A stretch of DNA of 64,000 bases from Candidatus Avidesulfovibrio excrementigallinarum (GCA_018715085.1 DVMI01000071.1:971-64970); one strand, 5' to 3'. Positions 48,663 through 59,031 are shown, numbered from the stretch's first letter. A program made the numbers and translations. The notes: generated by a model from the sequence alone, not told the origin.

Positions 48663-49739
48663 TTAAAGGATATCCACGCCGTCCTCGGTGACAAGTGCCA
48701 TGTGTTCCCAGCGTACGCCGCCCCATTCCGGATAGTACAGGCCTGGTTCCACAGTGATGATCATGCCGGGTTCCAGGGGGCGCGTCGTGCGGGCATTGAG
48801 CGAAATGGGCTCGTGCGTTTCAAGGCCCACACCGTGGCCCAGACCATGGGTAAAGGCCTTTTCAACGCCATGTGCGGCAAAATAATTCCATGCGGCGGCA
48901 AAGACCTCGCAGGCCGGCACACCGGGACGCATGACGTCGATGGCTTTTTGCTGGGCTTCCTGTACCAGCGCCAGGGTACGGGAGAATTCGGGAGAAGGCT
49001 TGTCGCCCACCCAGAACGTGCGGGTCTGATCGGAGCAGTACCCCTGAAGCCTGCATCCCACGTCCACAAGCACGGGGCCTTCCGGTACGATATGCACGTC
49101 TGGCGAGGGGATGGCGTGAGGCAGTGCCGCGTTGGGCCCGTAAGCCACAATGCTCGCAAAGGCCAGTTCGGACGCGCCGTGCTCCCGGAAATACCGCTCT
49201 ACGGCCCAGGCCAGCTCTGTTTCAGAAAGGCCCAGGCCAAGCTGCGAGGGGAGCCATTCCATCATGCGCTGATTGAGTGCGCACGACGCACGCATGCGGG
49301 CGATTTCGTCCGCGTCCTTGATTTCCCGGAATTTGCCGGCCAGGCCGTCAGCCGGCTGCAGGGCCAGGCTGCCGAGGTTGCCGACAAGCGTCTGCCAGAA
49401 CGCAAAAGAAAGCGTCTTGGCCTCGAACCCGAGAACACCCTTGAAGCTGGCGCTCAGATGCTTGCCCATTTCGGCTGCAGTGTCGGCGCCATAGATGAAA
49501 ATACGATCGGGATCCCAGAGTCGGCGCGCGGCGTCCAGGTAGCGGGGATCGGTGTACAGCCAGTCGTTGCCGTCGGCAGACAGGACAAGATGCCCCGCGC
49601 TTTCATTGAACTGGGGATCATGGAGTTCAAAGCCCGAAAGATAGTATCGCGTGGCCGGAGAGCTGACCAGCAGCGCGGTCAGTCCGATGTTGCGCATGGC
49701 CTTGCGGACGTTGTCCCGACGGAGTGCATACGGTGTCAT
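48663..49739 (-). CDS. M24-family Xaa-Pro aminopeptidase/dipeptidase
   Basis: Creatinase-like N-terminal domain plus the metal-binding core ...DVGCRLQGYCSDQTRTF...HGLGHGVGLETHE...TVEPGLY. Confidence 0.9.
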   Translation of the reverse strand: MTPYALRRDNVRKAMRNIGLTALLVSSPATRYYLSGFELHDPQFNESAGHLVLSADGNDWLYTDPRYLDAARRLWDPDRIFIYGADTAAEMGKHLSASFKGVLGFEAKTLSFAFWQTLVGNLGSLALQPADGLAGKFREIKDADEIARMRASCALNQRMMEWLPSQLGLGLSETELAWAVERYFREHGASELAFASIVAYGPNAALPHAIPSPDVHIVPEGPVLVDVGCRLQGYCSDQTRTFWVGDKPSPEFSRTLALVQEAQQKAIDVMRPGVPACEVFAAAWNYFAAHGVEKAFTHGLGHGVGLETHEPISLNARTTRPLEPGMIITVEPGLYYPEWGGVRWEHMALVTEDGVDIL

Positions 49740-49874
49740 GGCATCCTCAACAGCTTACAGCGTTCTTGCTGCAAAAGCGTTTGTGTTTGCGCAAGGAACC
49801 GCCCTGGCGCACCAGTGCCCGCATGTTTGGAAAAGACGGGCAGTGCCGCAGCGCGGGCGGTCTGCTTGCTGAAT

Positions 49875-51044
49875 TTATCCGGGTGTAGAAGCAATCTGCT
49901 CAAAAAGACGGGACAGAATGTCGTTGGAAACGAGCATGCCCTGCCGCGTCAGGCGCAGGACACGTCCTTCAAGACGGGCAAGCCCCGCGTTGACCAGATC
50001 CTGCACGAAACGTTCCTGCCCGGCAAGCAAATCCCGTCCGGCCAAGGCGGCAAATTCGTCCAGGTTCAGCCCTGCGCTGGTGCGCAGGCGCAGCATGGCG
50101 CGCTCTTCAGCCACAGTGGTTTCGTCAAGCGTTTCCATGTCCGGTTCAACACGGGCGCTTACTCTGGCGGCCCAGCAATCCAGATCTTCCGGGTTGCTCA
50201 GACGGCAGCGTCCCAGGGTGGAAACCGCAGCCGGTCCGATTCCAAGGTAGTCATCGCCCGTCCAGTAGCCCCAGTTATGACGGCAGGCAAAGCCGGGCCG
50301 CGCGAAATTGGAAATTTCGTACTGCTCAAAACCGTACTGTTCCAGCAGGGCGCAGCCAGAAAGATACATTTCGGCCAGCGCGGCTTCGTCGGGCAGGGAC
50401 ATAACCCCCCGCGCCACATCGTTGGCAAGGGGCGTGCCCGGTTCCAGAGTCAGGCCATAGGCCGAGACATGCTCCGGCTCGAGCTCGAGCACGGCCTGAA
50501 GCTGGGCAAGCCATGCCCGGGCGCTCTGCCCCGGCAGCCCCCAGATAAGGTCCACACCCACGTTGGCAAAACCGGCCTCACGGGCGAGCCGTACAGCCTG
50601 GCGCACATCTTCGGGCTGATGCGCCCGCCCCAGCAGGGCAAGATCGCGTTTGTCCATGGACTGTGCACCCATGGACAGGCGGTTGAATCCCGCGCGGGCC
50701 AGCGTGGCGAGCTTGCCGGGAGCGATCAGGGATTCCGGGTTGCCTTCAAGCGTAATTTCCGTATCAGGCGCAAAAGGCAGTGCCGCGCGCAGCATGTCCA
50801 GCAGTCCGGACAGCTCCGCAGCGGGCAGCAGACTGGGTGTGCCGCCGCCAAAAAAGACGGAGGTCACGACCGGGGCGTGGGAATACAGTGCGGTCAGGCG
50901 GGCATGCCGCCAGGCCCATTCGTCACGGATGGCCGTCAGATAGCGTGCCGTACGTTCGGAGCCTGCGTGGTGAAGCGGTTCGGAATAAAAGGCGCAGTAA
51001 CGGCATTTGCTGCGGCAGAACGGAACATGCACATAGATTCGCAT
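49875..51044 (-). CDS. hemW: Radical SAM heme chaperone HemW (HemN-like, oxygen-independent coproporphyrinogen oxidase family)
   Basis: MRIYVHVPFCRSKCRYCAFYS (CxxxCxxC), GGGTPSLL, HemN C-terminal domain. Start at ATG 51044. Confidence 0.9.
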   Translation of the reverse strand: MRIYVHVPFCRSKCRYCAFYSEPLHHAGSERTARYLTAIRDEWAWRHARLTALYSHAPVVTSVFFGGGTPSLLPAAELSGLLDMLRAALPFAPDTEITLEGNPESLIAPGKLATLARAGFNRLSMGAQSMDKRDLALLGRAHQPEDVRQAVRLAREAGFANVGVDLIWGLPGQSARAWLAQLQAVLELEPEHVSAYGLTLEPGTPLANDVARGVMSLPDEAALAEMYLSGCALLEQYGFEQYEISNFARPGFACRHNWGYWTGDDYLGIGPAAVSTLGRCRLSNPEDLDCWAARVSARVEPDMETLDETTVAEERAMLRLRTSAGLNLDEFAALAGRDLLAGQERFVQDLVNAGLARLEGRVLRLTRQGMLVSNDILSRLFEQIASTPG

Positions 51045-51115
51045 AGGGAGAGGCGGGATAGAAAGGGAGCACCGGACAGGCGTGCCTGCCGGCGCTCCCC
51101 TTGGAGGAGGAAAAC

Positions 51116-51820
51116 TCACATGCCAAGATACGCCCGGCGCACCTGAGGGCTGGACAGGAGCTTTTCGGCGGTGTCTTCCATGACAATGCGTCCGTTTTCC
51201 ATCACATAGCCGCGATGGGCAATGCGCAAGGCCTGGTTGGCGTTCTGTTCCACAAGGAAGACGGTAACGCCGTCCTGGTTGACTTTGCGGATAATTTCAA
51301 AAATCTGGCTGATGATAATGGGAGCAAGGCCCAGGGAGGGTTCGTCGAGCAGAAGAATGCGCGGGCGTCCCATAAGCGCGCGGGAGATGGCCAGCATCTG
51401 CTGTTCCCCGCCGGAGAGCGTGCCGCCGGTCTGTTTGCGGCGTTCGGCCAGAATGGGGAACAGCGAGAACACATAGTCCATATCGTCCCGGATGCCGGCC
51501 TCGTCGGTGCGTAGAAAAGCGCCCAGATCAAGGTTTTCCTGCACGGTCATGTCAGGGAAGATGAGCCGCCCCTCGGGCACCTGGCTGATCCCCTTGCGGA
51601 CAATGGCGTTGGGCGCCAGGGTATGGAGAGGCTCGCCGTCAAGCAGCACTTCGCCATGGCGGGGATGCAGAATGCCGCAGATGGTCATGAGCGTAGTGCT
51701 TTTGCCCGCGCCGTTGGCCCCGATGAGCGTGACAATTTCTCCGTCGCCAATGGTCAGGCTGATGTTGCGCAAAGCCTGGATGGTGCCATAGTAGGTGTCG
51801 ACGTCGCGCAACTCAAGCAT
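51116..51820 (-). CDS. livF: Branched-chain amino-acid ABC transporter ATP-binding protein LivF
   Basis: GANGAGKSTTL, LSGGEQQMLAISRAL, LLLDEPSLGLAP. Confidence 0.93.
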   Translation of the reverse strand: MLELRDVDTYYGTIQALRNISLTIGDGEIVTLIGANGAGKSTTLMTICGILHPRHGEVLLDGEPLHTLAPNAIVRKGISQVPEGRLIFPDMTVQENLDLGAFLRTDEAGIRDDMDYVFSLFPILAERRKQTGGTLSGGEQQMLAISRALMGRPRILLLDEPSLGLAPIIISQIFEIIRKVNQDGVTVFLVEQNANQALRIAHRGYVMENGRIVMEDTAEKLLSSPQVRRAYLGM

Positions 51821-52598
51821 CGCTTTCCTCCCCGAGATAGGCTTTGATCACTTTGGGGTTGTGCCGGATCTGCTCCGGCGTGCCCTCTGCAATGCACGAG
51901 CCGTGTTCCATGACATAGATGCGATCTGACATGGACATGACCATGTTCATGTCGTGTTCGATCAGCAGCACGCACAGGTTGTATTTTTTGCGGATGTCCT
52001 TGACCAGGTTTTCCAGCTCGCGGGTTTCAAAGGGGTTCATGCCTGCCGCCGGTTCGTCAAGCAGAAGAACGCTGGGATCGGTGGCCAGCGCGCGGGCGAT
52101 TTCCAGCCGCCGCTGTGCCCCGTAAGGCAGGTTTTTGGCTGTCGAGGCATAGGCGTTGTGCAGGTTGACGCTGCGCAGCAGCTCGTAAGCCCGATCAATC
52201 GTATTCTGCTCTTCGTGGCGTGTGGCGGCGTTGCGCAGCAGCGCGCCGAGCACGCCGGCCTTTGTGCGGCAATGGCGGCCCAGCATGACGTTTTCAAGCA
52301 CGGTCATTCCCGGGAAAAGGCGGATGTTCTGGAACGTTCTGGCCATGCCCAGGGCGGTGATCTGATGCGGCTTTTTGCCGTTGAGCCGTGTGGTCTTGTC
52401 GCCGGTGTGCAACAGCACGTCGCCGGTGGAGGGCGTATAGATGCCGGTCACGCAGTTGAAAAAGGTGGTCTTGCCCGCGCCGTTGGGCCCGATAAGCGCC
52501 ACAATTTCGTGTTCGTGCACGGTCAGGCTGACGTCGCTGACCGCTTTGAGACCGCCAAAGAAACGTGAGAGTCCGCGGACTTCAAGAACGGGATTCAT
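51813..52598 (-). CDS. livG: Branched-chain amino-acid ABC transporter ATP-binding protein LivG
   Basis: GPNGAGKTTFFN, LPYGAQRRLEIARAL, LLLDEPAAGMNP, and the C-terminal LivG motif. It overlaps livF by 8 nt. Confidence 0.93.
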   Translation of the reverse strand: MNPVLEVRGLSRFFGGLKAVSDVSLTVHEHEIVALIGPNGAGKTTFFNCVTGIYTPSTGDVLLHTGDKTTRLNGKKPHQITALGMARTFQNIRLFPGMTVLENVMLGRHCRTKAGVLGALLRNAATRHEEQNTIDRAYELLRSVNLHNAYASTAKNLPYGAQRRLEIARALATDPSVLLLDEPAAGMNPFETRELENLVKDIRKKYNLCVLLIEHDMNMVMSMSDRIYVMEHGSCIAEGTPEQIRHNPKVIKAYLGEESDA

Positions 52599-53830
52599 GC
52601 GGACAGCTCCTTGTTGTCAGTCACGTTCTGCCTGTCGGAGGGAATACGGTATTGGCGGCGTTCGCTGGAGACGATGCCCTGCGGCCGGAAAATCATCATG
52701 AGCACCATGATGGCACCGAACAGCAGCATGCGGTATTCGGAGAAGGCCCGCAGATATTCCGGCGCCAGAATGAGCAGCATGGCGGCAATGACCACGCCCG
52801 TAATGGAACCCATACCCCCCAGCACGACCATGGAAAGAATCATGGCCGACTCCATGAAGGTGAAGCTTGCGGGGTTGATGTAGGTGGTCTTGGCCGCAAA
52901 GATGACTCCGGCAAACCCCGCCCAGCACGAACAGAGCACAAATGCCGAGAGTTTGACGCGCGTGGTGTTGACGCCCATGGCTTCACAGGCAATTTCGTCT
53001 TCACGCAGGGCCTGCAGGGCAAGCCCCACACGCGAGTTTTTCAGCCGTGAAATCACCATGATGGTCAGCAGCACAGCTCCAAGGACCAGGTAATAAATGT
53101 ACGTTGTCACCTGATCCAGGGACATTTCCATCCCAAAGAAACCGGGTCTGGGAATGTTGGAAATGCCGGCCGGGCCGCCTGTAATGTCGGCCTGGCTCAA
53201 AAGCAGCAGGCGCACGATTTCGCCAAAGCCGAGCGTCACGATGGCCAGATAGTCGCCGCGCAGGCCCAGCACGGGCAGGCCGAGCAGAAGTCCTGCAAGC
53301 ACGGCGGCCAGACCGCCCAGGGGCAGGCACACCCAGAAGGTCAGGCCGAAGTATTCATACAGGATGCCGTAGGTGTATGCCCCCACGGCGTAGAAGGCCG
53401 CGTAGCCCAGTACAAGCTGACCGGCCAGACCTACGACGATGTTCAGGCCCAGCGCCAGCATGACATACAGCAGCGCGGAAATCATGATGTTGGTCTGATA
53501 GATGGAGCTGACCAGGGGCATAAGGAGCATGCCCAGCAGAATGGCCGCCGGCAGTCCGCGGCGGAAGAGCGGCCGGGCAGGCAGGCAGTAGGCCGTATTG
53601 ATCACCTTGTCAGGGAGTTTGATGATGGGCAGTCCCAGTGCGCGGCGTTCAAAACACCAGTTCCAGAGCATGGCAAGCACAAAAATGCCCACGCCCATCA
53701 TTGCCGTGCGATCAAAACGCCAGTTGACGACGTTGTCCACCCTGTTGAGCTGGATGCCCATGAGCGGAAACGTCAACACCATGAACCAGACGGAGGCCAA
53801 AGCGGCTTTGAGCAAACGCTGTTTGAACAT
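52595..53830 (-). CDS. livM: Branched-chain amino-acid ABC transporter permease LivM
   Basis: Polytopic LivM-type permease (...LNIVVGLAGQLVLGYAAFYAVGAY...). It overlaps the livG start by 4 nt. Confidence 0.9.
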   Translation of the reverse strand: MFKQRLLKAALASVWFMVLTFPLMGIQLNRVDNVVNWRFDRTAMMGVGIFVLAMLWNWCFERRALGLPIIKLPDKVINTAYCLPARPLFRRGLPAAILLGMLLMPLVSSIYQTNIMISALLYVMLALGLNIVVGLAGQLVLGYAAFYAVGAYTYGILYEYFGLTFWVCLPLGGLAAVLAGLLLGLPVLGLRGDYLAIVTLGFGEIVRLLLLSQADITGGPAGISNIPRPGFFGMEMSLDQVTTYIYYLVLGAVLLTIMVISRLKNSRVGLALQALREDEIACEAMGVNTTRVKLSAFVLCSCWAGFAGVIFAAKTTYINPASFTFMESAMILSMVVLGGMGSITGVVIAAMLLILAPEYLRAFSEYRMLLFGAIMVLMMIFRPQGIVSSERRQYRIPSDRQNVTDNKELSA

Positions 53831-53875
53831 GATACACTCTTTCCGGCTTTGTAACCAGTGAACGGAAAACGGACG

Positions 53876-54790
53876 CTACACCTTCTGCACCTTGGCCTTG
53901 CCGAGAATGCCGTCCGGACGGAAAATCAGGATCAGCACGAGCATGGCAAAGGCCAGCACGTCTTCGTAGTCGCCCGAGAAGTAGCCGGTCGTAAAGCTCT
54001 CGCAAAGCCCCAGCACAATGCCGCCCACCATGGCGCCCGGCACCGAGCCGATACCGCCCAGGACGGCGGCGGTGAAGGCCTTGAGCCCTGCAAGAAAGCC
54101 TATCGCAAAGTTGACCTGCCCCATATGCGACGCAATGAGCACGCCGCCGATGGCTGCAAGCCCCGAACCGATGATGAACGTCACCGAAATGACCCTGTTG
54201 GCGTCAATGCCAAGCAGCAGCGCCATGGTCCTGTTCTGTGCGGTGGCCCGCATGGCCTTGCCCATGCGCGAATAGCGGATGAACAGGGTCAGCCCGACCA
54301 TGGTGATGGTGCTGGTAACCAGGATGATGAAGTCGCTCACGCCCATGATGTAGCCGATATACTCAAGGAAGGGCAGATCGGGCAGCAGCCGCGGGAAGGG
54401 CACAAAGTCGGAAGTCTGGGCCAGGATGACGTAGTTCTGCAGGAAAATTGACATGCCGATGGCAGAAATCAGCGGAGAAAGGCGCGGCGCGCCGCGCAGG
54501 GGCTTGTAGGCCACTTTTTCCACCGTGAAGCCGTATGCCGCGGCCCAGATGATTGCCACCAGCGAGGCGATGATCAGGATGGCGACGGCCGGAAAGCCGT
54601 ACATGCCAAGGACGCCCGCAACAATAAGCGCCGTAAAGGCCCCGATCATGTAAATTTCGCCATGGGCAAAGTTGATGAGCTCGATAATCCCGTACACCAA
54701 TGTGTAGCCCAGGGCGATAAGGGCATAGATGCTGCCTCTGGTCAGACCGCCGAAAAACAATTCAAGAAAATAAAGAAGCTCGTCGATCAT
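53876..54790 (-). CDS. livH: Branched-chain amino-acid ABC transporter permease LivH
   Basis: ...GLTRGSIYALIALGYTLVYGIIELINFAHGEIYMIGAF..., classic LivH. Confidence 0.92.
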   Translation of the reverse strand: MIDELLYFLELFFGGLTRGSIYALIALGYTLVYGIIELINFAHGEIYMIGAFTALIVAGVLGMYGFPAVAILIIASLVAIIWAAAYGFTVEKVAYKPLRGAPRLSPLISAIGMSIFLQNYVILAQTSDFVPFPRLLPDLPFLEYIGYIMGVSDFIILVTSTITMVGLTLFIRYSRMGKAMRATAQNRTMALLLGIDANRVISVTFIIGSGLAAIGGVLIASHMGQVNFAIGFLAGLKAFTAAVLGGIGSVPGAMVGGIVLGLCESFTTGYFSGDYEDVLAFAMLVLILIFRPDGILGKAKVQKV

Positions 54791-54937
54791 GGTAGTGCTT
54801 GCGCGCCATCGGCCTCAGTAGCTAGGGCATGGCAGGTCTGCGTCTGCGGTTTCCCACGGACAGCGTTTCCTGAAGAAAAGGGGCCAGGCGGCCCCATTGC
54901 ACAGGCCCGCCGGAGGCGGGCCTGTCATGAGGAATGG

Positions 54938-56068
54938 TTAGTCGAGCATGATGCGATCTTCAAGCTCCACAAAATCCCCGTTTTTCACCTGATACATGGC
55001 CAGGCCCACGCCGACGGCTTCGCCGCGCTGGTTAAAGCGGATGCGCCCCACCGGGGTGTCGACGTATTCCTTATGCAGCATGTCCATTATCTTTTGCGTG
55101 TCGGTGCTGGTGCCGGCCTTTTCCATGGCGTTGATCAGCGCCTGGGTGGCTGCAAAGGCGTTGTAATAGAACGCGCCGGGCTCGGCGTTGTACTTGTCCA
55201 GATGGAGCTGACGGGCATGCTTGTATGCCGGCAGATCGCTGGTATCCTGCGGCTGAGAGGTATAGATGCCTTCCGCGTCCTTACCGGCCATCTTGATGAG
55301 CGCGGGGTCCTTCAGACCGTCCGGGCCGACCATGGGGATGGTCACGCGTTCACGGCGCATCTGCTGGATGAGCTTGGAGGCGGTGGGATGGTAGCCGCCA
55401 AACACCAGCACGTCCGCCTTGGCGCGGCGCAGCTTGCGCACGACGGTCGAAAAGTCCACGGCGTCAGGATTGACGGCTTCAAACAGCACGATGTTGGCCT
55501 TGTCGCCCAGGTTGTCGCGCACGGCTTCCACATATCCGCGGCCGTAGTCGCCGTTGTCGTGGATCATGGCAATGCTTTTGGCCTGCAGGCGGTTGGAGAT
55601 GAAGCCGGCAGCCAGACGCGCCTGATCAAAGTCGTGCGCAATGGTGCGGAAGAAGTAGGGATATTCGCCGCTCTGGGTCAGCTGCGGCGTGGTGGCCGAG
55701 GGCGACATGGAGATGATTTTGGCGTTGGTGTACAGCGGCAGCGAAGCCACTGTCGCGCCGGAACAGATATGCCCCATGACAACGCTCACCTGATCGGAAA
55801 TCAAACGGGTCGCGGCGTTGGTGGCCAGTTCGGGTTTGCACTGGTCGTCCTGGGCGATGATTTCGAGCTTCTTGCCCAGAATGCCGCCACGGGCGTTGTA
55901 GTCATCCACCACAAGCTGTGCGGCGCGCAGGCTGGGCACGCCGTACGAAGCCAGGTCGCCGGAATGGGCGCCGGGAACCCCGATCTTGATGGTGTCATCA
56001 CTCATGGCGGGCGTGGCAGAGAGCAGCAACGCGGCACACAGCGCAAGCAGGCGAAGCGGTTTGAACAT
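54938..56068 (-). CDS. livJ: Branched-chain amino-acid ABC transporter substrate-binding protein (LivJ/K type)
   Basis: Signal peptide MFKPLRLLALCAALLLSATPAMS, IKIGVPGAHSGDLASYG, and a type-I periplasmic binding fold. ATG 56068 has GGAGG upstream. Confidence 0.9.
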   Translation of the reverse strand: MFKPLRLLALCAALLLSATPAMSDDTIKIGVPGAHSGDLASYGVPSLRAAQLVVDDYNARGGILGKKLEIIAQDDQCKPELATNAATRLISDQVSVVMGHICSGATVASLPLYTNAKIISMSPSATTPQLTQSGEYPYFFRTIAHDFDQARLAAGFISNRLQAKSIAMIHDNGDYGRGYVEAVRDNLGDKANIVLFEAVNPDAVDFSTVVRKLRRAKADVLVFGGYHPTASKLIQQMRRERVTIPMVGPDGLKDPALIKMAGKDAEGIYTSQPQDTSDLPAYKHARQLHLDKYNAEPGAFYYNAFAATQALINAMEKAGTSTDTQKIMDMLHKEYVDTPVGRIRFNQRGEAVGVGLAMYQVKNGDFVELEDRIMLD

Positions 56069-56325
56069 GAGAGCTACCTCCAAAAAGGGTGTGTGAAAAA
56101 CTTCGGAAAAAAGACATTGGCACGGAACAATCTGAAGTGTCAATAACGAGTCGGGATTGCTTGATAATGAAGTTTTTTTCACAATGTTGAAGGACAACAG
56201 GTTATTACTCAAAGCGGCCAGTTGCCGCTACAGGACGCGCCGTGCGCCGTCTGTACGGCTGCCCCACGCGGCCCCACAGACAAAAGGACACGCTGTTGCC
56301 GGCAATAAAAAACTATAAGAAAGAT

Positions 56326-56355
56326 GTTATAATATCACCTTGTTATATGTGTCAG
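56326..56355 (-). promoter_or_regulatory. Candidate sigma-70 promoter for the liv operon inside an AT-rich island (CTGACA-17-TTATAA / -18-TATAAC)
   Basis: Minus strand reads cCTGACAcatataacaaggtgataTTATAAcat. It is the most AT-rich stretch I noticed in this spacer, about 260 nt upstream of livJ ATG. Confidence 0.35.
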
Positions 56356-56578
56356 GCAAAAGGTGCGCGCGTCCGGCAGCGGGCGCATCCCGCCTTCGGA
56401 TCTCAGGCGCGGAGAAGAGAAATCCCCGCGCCTGAGCAGCCGCAAAACCGGCACCTTCCTGTGCAGCCATTCTGGGCAAGCGCGCCGGCAAAAAAGGGTT
56501 GACAGGTTTGCCGCCAACAGAAACGCTCCTCTTTTTTTTCAGAAGAGCCGTCAGCGGAGGTTCCTGGTGCGGACGGCG

Positions 56579-58045
56579 CTAATGCAGGATCTGCGCGGTA
56601 AAGACCATGAACGAGGCGTCGTTCTTCCAGTCGTCCGGCGCAAGACCGGCTTTGCGGGCAAGCTGCGTCAGCATGGTCTCTTTATCCCAGCCCTGCTCTG
56701 TGGCCACCTGTGGCAGAAACACTGCCGCGCGGCCGCGCTTTTGGAGGATGACGCCATGGGTGCCAAGCAGAATTTCGTCGGTTGACGCCACAGGGCGGGG
56801 CGGTGTCAGCACCGAGACTTCCACGTCCAGATCGTCCAGTTCGGCAGGGCTGACAGGATAAAAACGCGGATCTTCAAGCGCCGCGCTGCGGGCGCGATCG
56901 ATGATCACGCGGTACAGCGGCCGCGCCGGTACGATTTCGCCGATGCAGCCGCGCAGCTGTCCGTGGCGGTTCAGGGTGACAAACGCGCCGCGGCAGGCCG
57001 AAAGCTCGCGCAGTGCAGCCGGGGAGAGCTCAATATCCGGATCCGGTTCCGGATCCTGCATGACGGCGGCCCGGACGCTTTTGCGGGCCAGGTGCAGCAA
57101 TTCGCTGCCTGCAGCGGCCGACAGCGCGCCATCCTGCGGGCAGGAGACGTCCGCAGGCTGGTCAGGGACTTCAAGCGGTTTGGCCGGCTGTTGCCAGTCG
57201 GCATGGACAACCGCGGTCAGGTAGCTCACGCTTTGATCCCACATGCCGGTCAGTTTTCCCGATGTTGTGTAAGCAAGCCGTGTGAACACCGCCTTTTCCG
57301 GCAGGCAGGCCAGCGTAAGCAGCATGGCGGCCGCCCCGCAGACGGTTGCGCGCGTCTGGCGCATGACGGCGTCAAAACGCCAGGGATCTCCCGAGGAAAA
57401 CGCCTGGAACACCGTATCGTCAAGGGTGCGCAGGTTGCGTTCAATATCGGTGGTAAAGGGCACATAGCCAAAAGAGGTCCCGTAGTGGGTGAAGTCGGTG
57501 CTGATGATGAGCAGGGTGCGCGGTGTGAGCAGTTTGTGCAGATCCCCGGCCAGCGCGGCAAGCCGTTTGCGTCCTTCTGGCGTGTGCAGGTTTTGTTGCC
57601 CCACCAGCAGGCCGCCCAGAACGCAGTTGGGAAGAAAACGGCGGATCAGCGGCAGCTGAATGTCCAGGCTGTGTTCGCGGGCATGGGCGCTGGCCAGACA
57701 GACGGCCCCGGGCAGGCTGCGCAGGGCTTTGTGCAGCGCGCCGTCAAACAGGACCGGGCCCAGCGGGGTGGCCACCTCGCCGGCCGGTTCCACGCTGACC
57801 TGACCGGCAAGCGCCGCATGGTGGCTTGGCGCGAGCAGAATGGCCTGGTCATAGGCCTGCGCGGGCAGACGCGAATAGGCCGCTGCGGCAAGCTGCCCTG
57901 AATAGGCGTAGCCGGCATGGGGCACAAGCAGGACGGCGGGAGGGGAGGCAAGAGGCGGCTCAGGGGATTTCCATGTGTCAAGGAACCCTTCCAACGTCTT
58001 CGGGTCGTCCGGATACCAATAGCCTGCAATGGCGGGTGTTCTCAT
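56579..58045 (-). CDS. amrB: AmmeMemoRadiSam system fusion protein: N-terminal Memo-like (protein B) fused to C-terminal AMMECR1 domain (protein A)
   Basis: N-terminus: AGYWYP...LLVPHAGYAYSG...HSLDIQLPLI...STDFTHYG (Memo family). C-terminus: ...CRGAFVTLNRHGQLRGCIGEI...DPRF.PV...LEVEVSVLTPP...HGVILQ...AVFLPQV (AMMECR1). Confidence 0.88.
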   Translation of the reverse strand: MRTPAIAGYWYPDDPKTLEGFLDTWKSPEPPLASPPAVLLVPHAGYAYSGQLAAAAYSRLPAQAYDQAILLAPSHHAALAGQVSVEPAGEVATPLGPVLFDGALHKALRSLPGAVCLASAHAREHSLDIQLPLIRRFLPNCVLGGLLVGQQNLHTPEGRKRLAALAGDLHKLLTPRTLLIISTDFTHYGTSFGYVPFTTDIERNLRTLDDTVFQAFSSGDPWRFDAVMRQTRATVCGAAAMLLTLACLPEKAVFTRLAYTTSGKLTGMWDQSVSYLTAVVHADWQQPAKPLEVPDQPADVSCPQDGALSAAAGSELLHLARKSVRAAVMQDPEPDPDIELSPAALRELSACRGAFVTLNRHGQLRGCIGEIVPARPLYRVIIDRARSAALEDPRFYPVSPAELDDLDVEVSVLTPPRPVASTDEILLGTHGVILQKRGRAAVFLPQVATEQGWDKETMLTQLARKAGLAPDDWKNDASFMVFTAQILH

Positions 58046-59031
58046 GCAAATCTCCCATGAAGGGGGGTATGGCAGTCAGGGCAGCGTCCCCCTGGTTCAA
58101 GACGGTTGAAGACAACGGCAAATCCCTTGCGCCGGATGAGTGGCGCGCCGCAGGAGGCGCAGCGGGTTGTTTCCGCATGGACTGTGTTGCCTATGTACAC
58201 ATGGCGCAACCCTTCGGCCAGGGCCTGCTCTTTTGCGGCAGTCAGGGTGGACTCGGGCGTTGGCGGCAGGGATTCAAGACGGTGACGCGGGAAAAAGCGG
58301 GAAAAGTGCAGTGGTGTTTCAGGGCCGAGTTCTTCGCGGACGAACCGGATGAGATCGCGCCGCTCCTCGGGGCTGTCGTTGCGGCCGGGGATCAGCAGAT
58401 TGGTGATTTCCAGATGCAGGTTTGCCGCGCGCATCTGCCGGACGGCGTCAAGCACAGGCATGAGCGACGCCCCGCAGTTTGTGCGGTAGAAGGCGTCGCG
58501 CATGGATTTGATATCCACATTGGCCGCATCGATGCAGGGCAGGAGCGGCGCAAGCGTTTCCGGTTCCACCCAGGCCGCAGTGACCAGGACGTTGCGCCCG
58601 CCCGCCGCACAAACAGCCCTGGCGCAGTCAAGCACATATTCCGGCGCAACAAGCGGCTCGGTATAGGTATAGGCCACGGCGTTCACGCCGGTTTGGCGCA
58701 GCAGTGCCGCAAGCCCGCCGGGCGTCAGGCTGCGGGAGGGCAGCGCGTCGGGTCCGCATTGGGAAATGGAGGCATTCTGACAGTTCAGGCAGTGCAGGTT
58801 GCAGCCTGCCATGCCAAGAGACAGGATGTCTGTGCCGGGATAAAAATGATACAGAGGTTTTTTTTCAATGGGATCGAGGGCGAGAGCGCAAACCTTGTTT
58901 CTGCTTGTGGCGACGATACGTCCGTTGTCGTTGCGCCGCGCATGGCAGGAGCCGGTGTCTCCCGGAGCAAGGGCGCAATGCCTTGGGCATACAGGGCACA
59001 CAACACGGGGGACAGCACTTTCAAGTGTCAT
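58042..59031 (-). CDS. amrS: AmmeMemoRadiSam system radical SAM enzyme
   Basis: N-terminal Cys cluster CPVCPRHCALAPGDTGSC, radical SAM motif GCNLHCLNCQN, C-terminal zinc-ribbon-like CASCGAP...CPDC. ATGA overlaps at both ends. Confidence 0.9.
   Translation of the reverse strand: MTLESAVPRVVCPVCPRHCALAPGDTGSCHARRNDNGRIVATSRNKVCALALDPIEKKPLYHFYPGTDILSLGMAGCNLHCLNCQNASISQCGPDALPSRSLTPGGLAALLRQTGVNAVAYTYTEPLVAPEYVLDCARAVCAAGGRNVLVTAAWVEPETLAPLLPCIDAANVDIKSMRDAFYRTNCGASLMPVLDAVRQMRAANLHLEITNLLIPGRNDSPEERRDLIRFVREELGPETPLHFSRFFPRHRLESLPPTPESTLTAAKEQALAEGLRHVYIGNTVHAETTRCASCGAPLIRRKGFAVVFNRLEPGGRCPDCHTPLHGRFA

Noticed and set aside
56118-56133. TGGCACGGAACAATCT, a possible sigma-54 -24 element near livJ. 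A similar TGGCAC occurs at about 37215.
   Set aside because: It is on the plus strand, pointing away from livJ. There is no TTGC/-12 element at the correct spacing and no downstream target gene.
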